Positions 1 to 14,985 of a stretch of DNA of 64,000 bases are shown here, piece after piece. The stretch is from Euglena gracilis. Taxonomy: Eukaryota. Below the pieces are notes generated by a model, which did not search any database, was not told the DNA's origin, and saw only the letters and a list, made by a program, of their open reading frames with translations. The number at the start of each line of letters is the position of its first letter. The first letter of the stretch is position 1. Where the stretch lies: NCBI GenBank assembly GCA_039621445.1, contig CP154954.1, forward strand, positions 34,321,737-34,385,736, given 5' to 3'. The position numbers and the translations under genes were made by a program.

Positions 1-417
1 ACTCGGAGTAAGGCCCAATTTGGTCCATTTTTACATGGTAACCTGGGCTCACCTGGTAAATGTCCCCCGGAATGGTCGAACGCACCCATCCAAATGTGCT
101 CATTTGTTGCAACCAACATTCCCGCTGCATGTTTTTCTTACCATTAAACCACGACAATCATGAAACCGACGGGTCCCCTGACTTTGGAGGCCTCCTGCAA
201 CACCCATTCGGTTACTCGGAGTAAGGCCCAATTTAGTCCACTTTTACATGGTAACCTGGGCTGACCTGGTAAATGTCCCTCGGAATGGTCGAATGCACCC
301 ATCTAAATGAGCTCATGTCTTGCAACCTACATTCCCGCTGCATGTTTTTCTTACCATTAAACCACGACAATCATGAAACCAACGGGTCCCTGACTTTGGA
401 GGCCTCCTGGAACACCC
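1..417 (+). repeat. ~213-bp tandem satellite, forward orientation (window starts inside array)
   Basis: ACTCGGAGTAAGGCCC at 1 and 214. The monomer contains palindromes GGAGGCCTCC and TTACTC-G-GAGTAA. Confidence 0.97.
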
Positions 418-585
418 TACTGGAGGGTACGTTTTTGTTGGCCCCCCCAGGACCCAGGGATGACTGCCCAGGGGGGGGGTGACAATTCGGGCACATGGCA
501 GATCAGGGTGAGGTTGGAATTTTGACTTGGCAAATTTGACCTGCGAATGCCAATTGACATTCCAAGGAATGTTCTGAAGGAAGGG

Positions 586-1305
586 GGGTGCATTCGACCA
601 TTCCGGGGGACATTTACCAGGTGAGCCCAGGTTACCATGTAAAAATGGACGAAATTGGGCCTTACTCCGAGTAACCGAATGGGTGTTCCAGGAGGCCTTC
701 AAAGTCAGGGGACCCGTTGGTTTCGTGATTGTCGTGGTTCAATGGTAAGAAAAACATGCAGCGGGAATGTTGGTTGCAAGGAATGAGCACATTTAGATAG
801 GTGCATTCGACCATTCCGGGGGACATTTACCAGGTCAGCCCAGGTTACCGTGTAAAAATGAACCAAATTGGGCCTTACTCCGAGTAACCGAATGGGTGTT
901 CCAGGAGGCCTCCAAAGTCAGGGGACCCGTTGGTTTCACGATTGTCGTGGTTCAATGGTAAGACAAACATGCAGCGCGAATGTTGGTTGCAAGACATGAG
1001 CACATTTAGATGGGTGCATTCGACCATTCCCGGGGCATTTACCAGGTCAGCCCAGGTTACCATGTAAAAATGGACCAAATTGGGCCTTACTCCGAGTAAC
1101 CGAATGGGTGTTCCAGGAGGCCTCCAAAGTCAGGGGACCCGTTGGTTTCATGATTGTCGTGGTTCAATGGTATGAAAACCATGCAGCGGGAATGTTGGTT
1201 GCAAGAAATGAGCTCATTTAGATGGGAGCCTTCGAGCATTCCGGGGGACATTTACCAGGTCAGCCAAGGTTACCGTGTAAAAATGGACCAAATTGGGCCT
1301 TACTC
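586..1305 (-). repeat. Inverted block (~3.4 monomers) of the 213-bp satellite
   Basis: Reverse complement of the monomer (GGGTGCATTCGACCATTCCGGGGGACATTTACCAGG...), bounded by non-satellite DNA at 418-585 and 1306-1773. Confidence 0.95.
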
Positions 1306-1773
1306 TGTAGGATTCGCCAAGTCTGCAATTCCTAATTCAATATTGCAAAGTCATTGAAGAATGCCAATTTTTCTGTAGGGAGCAAATTGCTTACACTGAT
1401 TGCGTGGGTCACTGATTGAACCTCAAAGAATTCCTGTCTTTGCTTTTGCTGTGCTGGAAGTTTTGAAAAGCTCAATGCCAGAAAGGTCAAAAGTGAGACA
1501 CTGGGTCCAGGCCAAGAATGGGCACTCAAACAATCAGTGTACACCCTGTACAATCAGTCAGCTCCCGGGCTTGATCAGCCCAGATGTCATTGAGGAAGCG
1601 TCCAGAAAGTTGCTGCAGGATGGAATGGGAAGATGCACCACATCCATGACAGAATGGGTACAGAAGATGCAATCCGGCAGCTGCAGATGTGGACAGATTG
1701 GGGTCCACTGCTGTCTAAGGACTGTGGTTGAAGGTGAAGCTGATCACCATGTACATCCTGTGTCTGAAGTCTA

Positions 1774-4700
1774 TGGGCTGACCTGGTAAATGTCCCCCGG
1801 AATGGTCGAATGCACCCATCTAAATGAGCTCATTTCTTGCAACCAACCTTCCCGCTGCATGTTTTTTCTTACAATTAAACCACAAAAATCATGAAACCAA
1901 CGGGTCCCCTGACTTTGGAGGCCTCCTGGAACACCCATTCGGTTACTCGGAGTAAGGCCCAATTTGGTCCATTTTTACATGGTAACCTGGGCTGACCTGG
2001 TAAATGTCCCCCGGAATGGTCGAATGCACCCATCTAAATGAGCTCATTTCTTGCAACCAACCTTCATGCTGCATGTTTTTCTTACCATTAAACCACAAAA
2101 ATCATGAAACCAACGGGTCCCCTGACTTTGGAGGCCTCCTGGAACACCCATTCGGTTACTCGGAGTAAGGCCCAATTTGGTCCATTTTTACATGGTAACC
2201 TGGGCTCACCTGGTAAATGTCCCCCGGAATGGTCGAATGCACCCATCCAAATGTGCTCATTTGTTGCAACCAACATTCCCGCTGCATGTTTTTCTTACCA
2301 TTAAACCACGACAATCATAACACCGACGGGTCCCCTGACTTTGGAGGCCTCCTGGAACACCCATTCGGTTACTCGGAGTAAGGCCCAATTTGGTCCATTT
2401 TTACATGGTAACCTGGGCTGACCTGGTAAATGTCCCCCAGAATGGTCGAATGCACCCATCCAAATGTGCTCATTTGTTGCAACCAACATTCCCGCTGCAT
2501 GTTTTTCTTACCATTAAACCACGACAATCATGAAACCAACGGGTCCCCTGACTTTGGAGGCCTCCTGCAACAACAATTCAGTTACTCGGAGTAAGGCCCA
2601 ATTTAGTCCACTTTTACATGGTAACCTGGGCTGACCTGGTAAATGTCCCTCGGAATGGTCGAATGCACCCATCTAAATGAGCTCATGTCTTGCAACCTAC
2701 ATTCCCGCTGCATGTTTTTCTTACCATTAAACCACGACAATCATGAAACCAACGGGTCCCTGACTTTGGAGGCCTCCTGGAACACCCATTCGGTTACTCG
2801 GAGTAAGGCCCAATTTGGTCCATTTTTACATGGTAACCTGGGCTGACCTGGTAAATGTCCCCCGGAATGGTCGAATGCACCCATCTAAATGAGCTCATTT
2901 CTTGCAACCAACCTTCCTGCTGCATGTTTTTCTTACCATTAAACCACGAAAATCATGAAACCAACGGGTCCCCTGACTTTGAAGGCCTCCTGGAACACCC
3001 ATTCGGTTACTCGGAGTAAGGCCCAATTTAGTCCATTTTTACATGGTAACCTGGGCTGACCTGGTAAATGTCCCCCGGAATGGTCGAATGCACTCATCTA
3101 AATGTGCTCATTCCTTGCAACCAACATTCCCGCTGCATGTTTTTCTTACCATTAAACCACGACAATCATGAAACCAACGGGTCCCCTGACTTTGGAGGCC
3201 TCCTGGAACACCCATTCGGTTACTCGGAGTAAGACCCAATTTGGTCCATTTTTACATGGTAACCTGGGCTGACCTGGTAAATGTCCCCCGGAATGGTCAC
3301 CCATCCAAATGTGCTCATTTGTTGCAACCAACATTCCCGCTGCATGTTTTTCTTACCATTAAACCACGACAATCATGACACCGACGGGTCCCCTGAATTT
3401 GGAGGCCTCCTGGAACACCCATTCTGTTACTCGGAGGAACTTTGGAGGCCTCCTGGAACACCCATTCGGTTACTCGGAGTAAGGCCCAATTTGGTCCATT
3501 TTTACATGGTAACCTGGGCTGACCTGGTAACTGGCCCCCGGAATGGGCGAATGCACCCATCTTAATGTGCTCATGTCTTGCAACCGGCATACCCGCTGCA
3601 TGTTTTTCCTACCATTAAACCACGACAGTCATGAAACCAACGGGTCAATGACTTTGGAGGCCTCCTGGAACACCCATTCGGTTACTCGGAGTAAGGCCCA
3701 ATTTGGTCCATTTTTACACGGTAACCTGGGCTGACCTGGTAAATGTCCCCCGGAATGGTCGAATGCACCCATCTAAATGAGCTCATGTCTTGCAACCTAC
3801 ATTCCCGCTGCATGTTTTTCTTACCATTAAACCACGACAATCATGAAACCAACGGGTCCCTGACTTTGGAGGCCTCCTGGAACACCCATTCGGTTACTCG
3901 GAGTAAGGCCCAATTTGGTCCATTTTTACATGGTAACCTGGGCTGACCTGGTAAATGTCCCCCAGAATGGTCGAATGCACCCATCCAAATGTGCTCATTT
4001 GTTGCAACCAACATTCCCGCTGCATGTTCTTTCTTACCATTAAAACACGACAATCATGAAACCGACGGGTCCCCTGACTTTGGAGGCCTCCTGGAACACC
4101 CATTCGGTTACTCGGAGTAAGGCCCAATTTGGTCCATTTTTACATGGTAACCTGGGCTGACCTGGTAAATGGCCCCCGGAATGGGCGAATGCACCCATCT
4201 TAATGTGCTCATGTCTTGCAACCGGCATACCCGCTGCATGTTTTTCTTACCATTAAACCACGACAATCATGAAACCGACGGGTCCCCTGACTTTGGAGGC
4301 CTCCTGCAACACCCATTCGGTTACTCGGAGTAAGGCCCAATTTGGTCCATTTTTACATGGTAACCTGGGCTCACCTGGTAAATGTCCCCCGGAATGGTCG
4401 AATGCACCCATCCAAATGTGCTCATTTGTTGCAACCAACATTCCCGCTGCATGTTTTTCTTACCATTAAACCACGACAATCATGAAACCGACGGGTCCCC
4501 TGACTTTGGAGGCCTCCTGCAACACCCATTCGGTTACTCGGAGTAAGGCCCAATTTAGTCCACTTTTACATGGTAACCTGGGCTGACCTGGTAAATGTCC
4601 CTCGGAATGGTCGAATGCACCCATCTAAATGAGCTCATGTCTTGCAACCTACATTCCCGCTGCATGTTTTTCTTACCATTAAACCACGACAATCATGAAA

Positions 4701-7700
4701 CCAACGGGTCCCTGACTTTGGAGGCCTCCTGGAACACCCATTCGGTTACTCGGAGTAAGGCCCAATTTGGTCCATTTTTACATGGTAACCTGGGCTGACC
4801 TGGTAAATGTCCCCCAGAATGGTCGAATGCACCCATCCAAATGTGCTCATTTGTTGCAACCAACATTCCCGCTGCATGTTTTTCTTACCATTAAACCACG
4901 AAAATCATGAAACCAACGGGTCCCCTGACTTTGGAGGCCTCCTGGAACACCCATTCGGTTACTCGGAGTAAGGCCTAATTTAGTCCATTTTTACATGGTA
5001 ACCTGGGCTGACCTGGTAAATGTCCCCCGGAATGGTCGAATGCACTCATCTAAATGTGCTCATTCCTTGCAACCAACATTCCCGCTGCATGTTTTTCTTA
5101 CCATTAAACCACGACAATCATGAAACCAACGGGTCCTCTGACTTTGGAGGCCTCCTGGAACACCCATTCGGTTACTCGGCCCAATTTGGTCCATTTTTAC
5201 ATGGTAACCTGGGCTCACCTGGTAAATGTCCACCGGAATGGTCGAATGCACCCATCCAAATGTGCTTATTTGTTGCAACAAACATTCCCGCTGCATGTTC
5301 TTTCTTACCATTAAACCACGACAATCATGAAACCAACAGGTCCCCTGACTTTGGAGGCCTCCTGGAACACCCATTCGGTTACTCGGAGTAACGCCCATTT
5401 TGGTTCCAATTTTACATACATACATGGGAACCTGGGCTGACCTGGTAAATGTCCCCCGGAATGGTCGAATGCAGCCATCTAAATGTGCTCATTTCTCGCA
5501 ACCAACATTCCCGCTGCATGTTCTTTCTTACCATTAAACCACGACAATCATGAAACCAACGGGTCCCCTGACTTTGGAGGCCTCCTGGAACACCCATTCG
5601 GTTACTCGGAGTAAGGCCCAATTTGGTCCATTTTTACATGGTAACCTGGGCTGACCTGGTAAATGTCCCCCGGAATGGTCGAATGCACCCATCTAAATGT
5701 GCTCGTTTCTTGCAACCAACATTCCCGCTGCATGTTTTTCCTACCATTAAACCACGACAATCATGAAACCAACGGGTCCCCTGACTTTGGAGGCCTCCTG
5801 GAACACCCATTCGGTTACTCGGAGTAAGGCCCAATTTGGTCCATTTTTACATGGTAACCTGGGCTGACCTGGTAAATGTCCCTCGGAATGTTCGAATGCA
5901 CCCATCTAAATGAGCTCATGTCTTGCAACAAACATTCCCGCTGCATGTTTTTCTTACCCTTGAACCACGACAATCATGAAACCAACGGGTCCCCTGACTT
6001 TGGAGGCCTCCTGGAACACCCATTCGGTTACTCGGAGTAAGGCCCAATTTGGTCCATTTTTACACGGTAACCTGGGCTGACCTGGTAAATGTCCCCCGGA
6101 ATGGTCGAATGCACCCATCTAAATGAGCTCATTTCTTGCAACCAACCTTCCCGCTGCATGTTTTTCTTAACATTAAACCACGACAATCATGAAACCAACG
6201 GGTCCCCTGACTTTGGAGGCCTCCTGGAACACCCATTCGGTTACTCGGAGTAAGGCCCAATTTGGTCCATTTTTACATGGTAACCTGGGCTGACCTGGTA
6301 AATGTCCCCCGGAATGGTCGAATGCACTCATCTAAATGTGCTCATTCCTTGCAACCAACATTCCCGCTGCATGTTTTTCTTACCATTAAACCACGACAAT
6401 CATGAAACCAACGGGTCCCCTGACTTTGGAGGCCTCCTGGAACACCCATTCGGTTACTCGGAGTAAGGCCCAATTTGGTCCATTTTTACATGGTAACCTG
6501 GGCTCACCTGGTAAATGTCCCCCGGAATGGTCGAATGCACCCATCCAAATGTGCTCATTTCTTGCAACCAACATTCCCGCTGCATGTTTTATTACCATTA
6601 AACCACGACAATCATGAAACCAACGGGTCCCCTGACTTTGGAGGCCTCCTGGAACACCCATTCGGTTACTCGGAGTAAGGCCCAATTTGGTCCATTTTTA
6701 CATGGTAACCTGGGCTGACCTGGTAAATGTCCCCCGGAATGGTCGAATGCACCCATCTTAATGTGCTCATGTCTCGCAACCAACCTTCCCGCTGCATGTT
6801 TTTCTTACCATTAAACCACGACAATCATGAAACCAACGGGTCCCCTGACTTTGGAGGCCTCCTGGAACACCCATTCGGTTACTCGGAGTAAGGCCCAATT
6901 TGGTCCATTTTTACACGGTAACCTGGGCTGACCTGGTAAATGTCCCCCGGAATGGTCGAATGCACCCATCTAAATGAGCTCATGTCTCGCAACCAACCTT
7001 CCCGCTGCATGTTTTTCTTACCATTGAACCACGACAATCATGAAACCAACGGGTCCCCTGACTTTGGAGGCCTCCTGGAACACCCATTCGGTTACTCGGA
7101 GTAAGGCCCAATTTGGTCCATTTTTACACGGTAACCTGGGCTGACCTGGTAAATGTCCCCCGGAATGGTCGAATGCACCCATCTAAATGAGCTCATTTCT
7201 TGCAACCAACCTTCCCGCTGCATGTTTTTCTTAGCATTAAACCACGACAATCATGAAACCAACGGGTCCCCTGACTTTGGAGGCCTCCTGGAACACCCAT
7301 TCGGTTACTCGGAGTAAGGCCCAATTTAGTCCATTTTTACATGGTAACCTGGGCTGACCTGGTAAATGTCCCCCGGAATGGTCGAATGCACTCATCTAAA
7401 TGTGCTCATTTCTTGCAACCAACATTCCCGCTGCATGTTTTTCTTACCATTAAACCACGACAATCATGAAACCAACGGGTCCCCTGACTTTGGAGGCCTC
7501 CTGGAACACCCATTCGGTTACTCGGAGTAAGGCCCAATTTGGTCCATTTTTACATGGTAACCTGGGCTGACCTGGTAAATGTCCCCCGGAATGGTCGAAT
7601 GCACCCATCCAAATGTGCTCATTTCTCGCAACCAACATTCCCGCTGCATGTTCCTTCTTACCATTGAACCACGACAATCATGAAACCAACGGGTCCCCTG

Positions 7701-10700
7701 ACTTTGGAGGCCTCCTGGAACACCCATTCGGTTACTCGGAGTAAGGCCCAATTTGGTCCATTTTTACATGGTAACCTGGGCTGACCTGGTAAATGGCCCC
7801 CGGAATGGGCGAATGCACCCATCTTAATGTGCTCATGTCTTGCAACCGGCATACCCGCTGCATGTTTTTCCTACCATTAAACCACGACAGTCATGAAACC
7901 AACGGGTCCCCTGACTTTGGAGGCCTCCTGGAACACCCATTCGGTTACTCGGAGTAAGGCCCAATTTGGTCCATTTTTACATGGTAACCTGGGCTCACCT
8001 GGTAAATGTCCCCCGGAATGGTCGAATGCACCCATCCAAATGTGCTCAATTGTTGCAACCAACATTCCCGCTGCATGTTTTTCTTACCATTAAACCACGA
8101 CAATCATGAAACCGACGGGTCCCCTGACTTTGGAGGCCTCCTCCAACACCCATTCGGTTACTCGGAGTAAGGCCCAATTTAGTCCACTTTTACATGGTAA
8201 CCTGGGCTGACCTGGTAAATGTCCTTCGGAATGGTCGAATGCACCCATCTAAATGAGCTCATGTCTTGCAACTTACATTCCCGCTGCATGTTTTTCTTAC
8301 CATTAAACCACGACAATCATGAAACCAACGGGTCCCTGACTTTGGAGGCCTCCTGGAACACCCATTCGGTTACTCGGAGTAAGGCCCAATTTGGTCCATT
8401 TTTACATGGTAACCTGGGCTGACCTGGTAAATGTCCCCCGGAATGGTCGAATGCACCCATCTAAATGAGCTCATTTCTTGCAACCAACCTTCCCGCTGCA
8501 TGTTTTTCTTACCATTAAACCGAAAATCATGAAACCAACGGGTCCCCTGACTTTGGAGGCCTCCTGGAACACCCATTCGGTTACTCGGAGTAAGGCCCAA
8601 TTTAGTCCATTTTTACATGGTAACCTGGGCTGACCTGGTAAATGTCCCCCGGAATGGTCGAATGCACTCATCTAAATGTGCTCATTCCTTGCAACCAACA
8701 TTCCCGCTGCATGTTTTTCTTACCATTAAACCACGACAATCATGAAACCAACGGGTCCCCTGACTTTGGAGGCCTCCTGGAACACCCATTCGGTTACTCG
8801 GAGTAAGGCCAATTTGGTCCATTTTTACATGGTAACCTGGGCTGACCTGGTAAATGGCCCCCGGAATGGGCGAATGCACCCATCCAAATGTGCTCATTTG
8901 TTGCAACCAACATTCCCGCTGCATGTTTTTCTCACCAGTAAACCACGACAATCATGAAACCAACGGGTCCCCTGACTTTGGAGGCCTCCTGGAACACCCA
9001 TTCGGTTACTCGGAGTAAGGCCCAATTTGGTCCATTTTTACATGGTAACCTGGGCTGACCTGGTAAACGTCCCTCGGAATGTTCGAATGCACCCATCTAA
9101 ATGAGCTCATGTCTTGCAACCAACATTCCCGCTGCATGTTTTTCTTACCATTGAACCACGACAATCATGAAACCAACGGGTCCCCTGACTTTGGAGGCCT
9201 CCTGGAACACCCATTCGGTTACTCGGAGTAAGGCCCAATTTGGTCCATTTTTACATGGTAACCTGGGCTGACCTGGTAAATGTCCCCCGGAATGGTCGAA
9301 TGCACCCATCTAAATGAGCTCATTTCTTGCAACCAACCTTCCCGCTGCATGTTTTTCTTAGCATTAAACCACGACAATCATGAAACCCACGGTTCCCCTG
9401 AATTTGGGGGCCTCTTGGAACACCCATTCGGTTACTCGGAGTAAGGCCCAATTTGGTCCATTTTTACATGGTAACCTGGGCTGACCTGGTAAATGTCCCC
9501 CGGAATGGTCGAATGCACCCATCTAAATGTGCTCATGTCTTGCAACCAACATTCCCGCTGCATGTTTTTCCTACCATTAAACCACGACAATCATGAAACC
9601 AACGGGTCCCCTGACTTTAGAGGCCTCCTGGAACACCCATTCGGTTACTCGGAGTAAGGCCCACTTTGGTCCTTTTTTTACATGGTAACCTGGGCTGACC
9701 TGGTAAATGTCCCCCGGAATGGTCGAATGCACCCATCTAAATGTGCTCATGTTTTGCAACCAACATTCACTGTGCATGTTTTTTCTACCATTAAACCACG
9801 ACAATCATGAAACCAACGGGTCCCCTGACTTTAGAGGCCTCCTGGAACACCCATTCGGTTACTCGGAGTAAGGCCCAATTTGGTCCATTTTTACATGGTA
9901 ACCTGGGCTCACCTGGTAAATGTCCCCCGGAATGGTCGAATGCACCCATCCAAATGTGCTCATTTCTCGCAACCAACATTCCCGCTGCATGTTCCTTCTT
10001 ACCATTGAACCACGACAATCATGAAACCAACGGGTCCCCTGACTTTGGAGGCCCCCTGGAACACCCATTCGGTTACTCGGAGTAAGGCCCAATTTGGTCC
10101 ATTTTTACATGGTAACCTGGGCTGACCTGGTAAATGGCCCCCGGAATGGTCGAATGCACCCATCTAAATGAGCTCATGTCTCGCAACCAACCTTCCCGCT
10201 GCATGTTTTTCTTACCATTGAACCACGACAATCATGAAACCAACGGGTCCCCTGACTTTGGAGGCCTCCTGGAACACCCATTCGGTTACTCGGAGTAAGG
10301 CCCAATTTGGTCCATTTTTACATGGTAACCTGGGCTGACCTGGTAAATGTCCCCCGGAATGGTCGAATGCACCCATCTAAATGTGCTCATGTCTTGCAAC
10401 CAACATTCCCGCTGCATGTTTTTCCTACCATTAAACCACGACAATCATGAAACCAACGGGTCCCCTGACTTTAGAGGCCTCCTGGAACACCCATTCGGTT
10501 ACTCGGAGTAAGGCCCACTTTGGTCCTTTTTTTACATGGTAACCTGGGCTGACCTGGTAAATGTCCCCCGGAATGGTCGAATGCACCCATCTAAATGTGC
10601 TCATGTTTTGCAACCAACATTCACGCTGCATGTTTTTTCTACCATTAAACCACGACAATCATGAAACCAACGGGTCCCCTGACTTTAGAGGCCTCCTGGA

Positions 10701-13700
10701 ACACCCATTCGGTTACTCGGAGTAAGGCCCAATTTGGTCCATTTTTACATGGTAACCTGGGCTGACCTGGTAAATGTCCCCCGGAATGGTCGAATGCACC
10801 CATCTAAATGTGCTCATGTCTTGCAACCAACATTCCCGCTGCATGTTTTTCTTACCATTAAACCACGACAATCATGAAACCAACGGGTCCCCTGACTTTA
10901 GAGGCCTCCTGGAACACCCATTCGGTTACTCGGAGTAAGGCCCAATTTGGTCCATTTTTACATGGTAACCTGGGCTCACCTGGTAAATGTCCCCCGGAAT
11001 GGGCGAATGCACCCATCTTAATGTGCTCATGTCTTGCAACCGGCATACCCGCTGCATGTTTTTCCTACCATTAAACCACGACAGTCATGAAACCAACGGG
11101 TACCTGACTTTGGAGGCCTCCTGGAACACCCATTCGGTTACTCGGAGTAAGGCCCAATTTGGTCCATTTTTACACGGTAACCTGGGCTGACCTGGTAAAT
11201 GTCCCCCGGAATGGTCGAATGCACCCATCTAAATGAGCTCATGTCTCGCAACCAACCTTCCCGCTGCATGTTTTTCTTACCATTGAACCACGACAATCAT
11301 GAAACCAACGGGTCCCCTGACTTTGGAGGCCTCCTGGAACACCCATTCGGTTACTCGGAGTAAGGCCCAATTTGGTCCATTTTTACATGGTAACCTGGGC
11401 TGACCTGGTAAATTTCCCCCGGAATGGTCGAATGCACCCATCCAAATGTGGTCATTTGTTGCAACCAACATCCCCGCTGCATGTTTTTCTTACCATTAAA
11501 CCACGACAATCATGAAACCAACGGGTCCCCTGACTTTGGAGGCCTCCTCCAACACCCATTCGGTTACTCGGAGTAAGGCCCAATTTAGTCCACTTTTACA
11601 TGGTAACCTGGGCTGACCTGGTAAATGTCCCTCGGAATGGTCGAATGCACCCATCTAAGTGAGCTCATGTCTTGCAACTTACATTCCCGCTGCATGTTTT
11701 TCTTACCATTAAACCACGACAATCATGAAACCAACGGGTCCCTGACTTTGGAGGCCTCCTGGAACACCCATTCGGTTACTCGGAGTAAGGCCCAATTTGG
11801 TCCATTTTTACATGGTAACCTGGGCTGACCTGGTAAATGTCCCTCGGAATGGTCGAATGCACCCATCTAAATGTGCTCATTTCTTGCAACCAACCTTCCC
11901 GCTGCATGTTTTTCTTACCATTAAACCACGAAAATCATGAAACCAACGGGTCCCCTGACTTTGGAGGCCTCCTGGAACACCCATTCGGTTACTCGGAGTA
12001 AGGCCCAATTTGGTCCATTTTTACATGGTAACCTGGGCTGACATCTAAATGTGCTCATTCCTTGCAACCAACATTCCCGCTGCATGTTTTTCTTACCATT
12101 AAACCACGACAATCATGAAACCAACGGGTCCCCTGACTTTGGAGGCCTCCTGGAACACCCATTCGGTTACTCGGAGTAAGGCCGAATTTGGTCCATTTTT
12201 ACATGGTAACCTGGGCTGACCTGGTAAATGGCCCCCGGAATGGGCGAATGCACCCATCCAAATGTGCTCATTTGTTGCAACCAACATTCCCGCTGCATGT
12301 TTTTCTCACCAGTAAACCACGACAATCATGAAACCAACGGGTCCCCTGACTTTGGAGGCCTCCTGGAACACCCATTCGGTTACTCGGAGTAAGGCCCAAT
12401 TTGGTCCATTTTTACATGGTAACCTGGGCTGACCTGGTAAACGTCCCTCGGAATGTTCGAATGCACCCATCTAAATGAGCTCATATTTTGCAACCAACAT
12501 TCCCGCTGCATGTTTTTCTTACCCTTGAACCACGACAATCATGAAACCAACGGGTCCCCTGACTTTGGAGGCCTCCTGGAACACCCATTCGGTTACTCGG
12601 AGTAAGGCCCAATTTGGTCCATTTTTACACGGTAACCTGGGCTGACCTGGTAAATGTCCCCCGGAATGGTCGAATGCACCCATCTAAATGAGCTCATTTC
12701 TTGCAACCAACCTTCCCGCTGCATGTTTTTCTTACCATTAAACCACGACAATCATGAAACCAACGGGTCCCCTGAATTTGGAGGCCTCCTGGAACACCCA
12801 TTCGGTTACTCGGAGTAAGGCCCAATTTGGTCCATTTTTACATGGTAACCTGGGCTGACCTGGTAAATGTCCCCCGGAATGGTCGAATGCACCCATCTAA
12901 ATGTGCTCATTTCTTGCAACCAACATTCCCGCTGCATGTTTTTCCTACCATTAAACCACGACAATCATGAAACCAACGGGTCCCCTGACTTTGGAGGCCT
13001 CCTGGAACACCCATTCGGTTACTCGGAGTAAGGCCCAATTTGGTCCTTTTTTACATGGTAACCTGGGCTGACCTGGTAAATGTCCCCCGGAATGGTCGAA
13101 TGCACCCATCTAAATGTGCTCATGTTTTGCAACCAACATTCACGCTGCATGTTTTTTCTACCATTAAACCACGACAATCATGAAACCAACGGGTCCCCTG
13201 ACTTTGGAGGCCTCCTGGAACACCCATTCGGTTACTCGGAGTAAGGCCCAATTTGGTCCATTTTTACATGGTAACCTGGGCTGACCTGGTAAATGTCCCC
13301 CGGAATGGTCGAATGCACCCATCTAAATGAGCTGATTTCTTGCAACCAACATTCCCGCTGCATGTTTTTCCTACCATTAAACCACGACAATCATGAAACC
13401 AACGGGTCCCCTGACTTTGGAGGCCTCCTGGAACACCCATTCGGTTACTCGGAGTAAGGCCCAATTTGGTCCATTTTTACATGGTAACCTGGGCTGACCT
13501 GGTAAATGTCCCCCGGAATGGTCGAATGCACCCATCTAAATGAGCTGATTTCTTGCAACCAACATTCCCGCTGCATGTTTTTCTTACCATTAAACCACGA
13601 CAATCATGAAACCAACGGGTCCCCTGACTTTGGAGGCCTCCTGGAACACCCATTCGGTTACTCGGAGTAAGGCCCACTTTGGTCCATTTTTACATGGTAA

Positions 13701-14301
13701 CCTGGGCTGACCTGGTAAATGTCCCCCGGAATGGTCGAATGCACCCATCTAAATGTGCTCATTTCTTGCAACCAACCTTCCCGCTGCATGTTTTTCTTAC
13801 CATTAAACCACGACAATCATGAAACCAACGGGTCCCCTAAATTTGGAGGCCTCCTGGAACACCCATTCGGTTACTCGGAGTAAGGCCCAATTTGGTCCAT
13901 TTTTACATGGTAACCTGGGCTGACCTGGTAAATGTCCCCCGGAATGGTCGAATGCACCCATCTAAATGAGCTCATTTCTTGCAACCAACATTCCCGCTGC
14001 ATGTTTTTCTTACCATTAAACCACGACAATCATGAAACCAACGGGTCCCCTGACTTTGGAGGCCTCCTGGAACACCCATTCGGTTACTCGGAGTAAGGCC
14101 CAATTTGGTCCATTTTTACATGGTAACCTGGGCTGACCTGGTAAATGTCCCCCGGAATGGTCGAATGCACCCATCTAAATGAGCTGATTTCTTGCAACCA
14201 ACCTTCCCGCTGCATGTTTTTCCTACCATTAAACCACGACAAACATGAAACCAACGGGTCCCCTGACTTTAGAGGCCTCCTGGAACACCCATTCGGTTAC
14301 T
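1774..14301 (+). repeat. Main 213-bp satellite array (~59 monomers)
   Basis: Continuous head-to-tail monomers with few substitutions and small indels. Ends at ...CGGTTACT 14301. Confidence 0.98.
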
Positions 14302-14985
14302 TGTTGCATCCCCTTTTTGGTGAATCTTTTATCCTGTCAGTAACCACATTTTGTGTAATGCTGTGCTCTTTGCTGTTTGCTGGATGGCGCCATGAGCCAA
14401 CACACATTTGAGGCATATGTTTGCTGGCGGCCATGCGGTCTGGCAGCCTGACGGGGTGGCGGCTTAGTATTCAGTTGCAGGGGAATCAAAACACTGCCCG
14501 ATGAAGCTTTTTAAAAGGTTTGAATTTGGGTCCCCAGTGAAAATTCTCCTTGCTTGGTGAGTTCGATTCTTTTTGACCCCAAAATTGGCTGAAAATGGCC
14601 ATGGAAAAGTCAAACAGGACGATTCTTCAAACTTCAAATTTAAAATGGCCATAAATCGTGCTTGCCGTGGAGTTACAGGAGAAATAAAATCATTGTTAGA
14701 TGAGACGTTCCAAGGGTTTTGTTTTATCTTTGGCAGCCGGATTCGCATTTAAGCTTTTTTATTTTTATTTTCATTTATTTAGCTATTTATTTTTATTTGC
14801 GCACTTGCGCAAATTTCCGATTTTTTTTGATTCTTCTTTGATTCGGTTGTATGGCCCAGGGGGTTTGAAAACACGTTGACAAGAGAGTGCAAAAAAATGA
14901 GCGAAATTCTGATTTTGGCAGTGTGACCCCTGGGACTTTGGCAAAAATGGTGTTGTTTTTTGGGGTGTCCGAAAATGGACTTTGT

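Noticed and set aside
1400-1789. 129-aa ORF in the unique insert
   Set aside because: No ATG start, runs into satellite, and has no recognisable motif.
1-14301. CRISPR array or repeated protein-coding units in the 213-bp repeat
   Set aside because: No unique spacers and no cas genes. The many short ORFs are frame artefacts of the monomer and are broken by indels.
1774-14301. Hammerhead-ribozyme satellite (retrozyme-like)
   Set aside because: I could not find a CTGANGA...GAAA core with flanking stems on either strand of the monomer. An Infernal/Rfam scan would be the definitive test.
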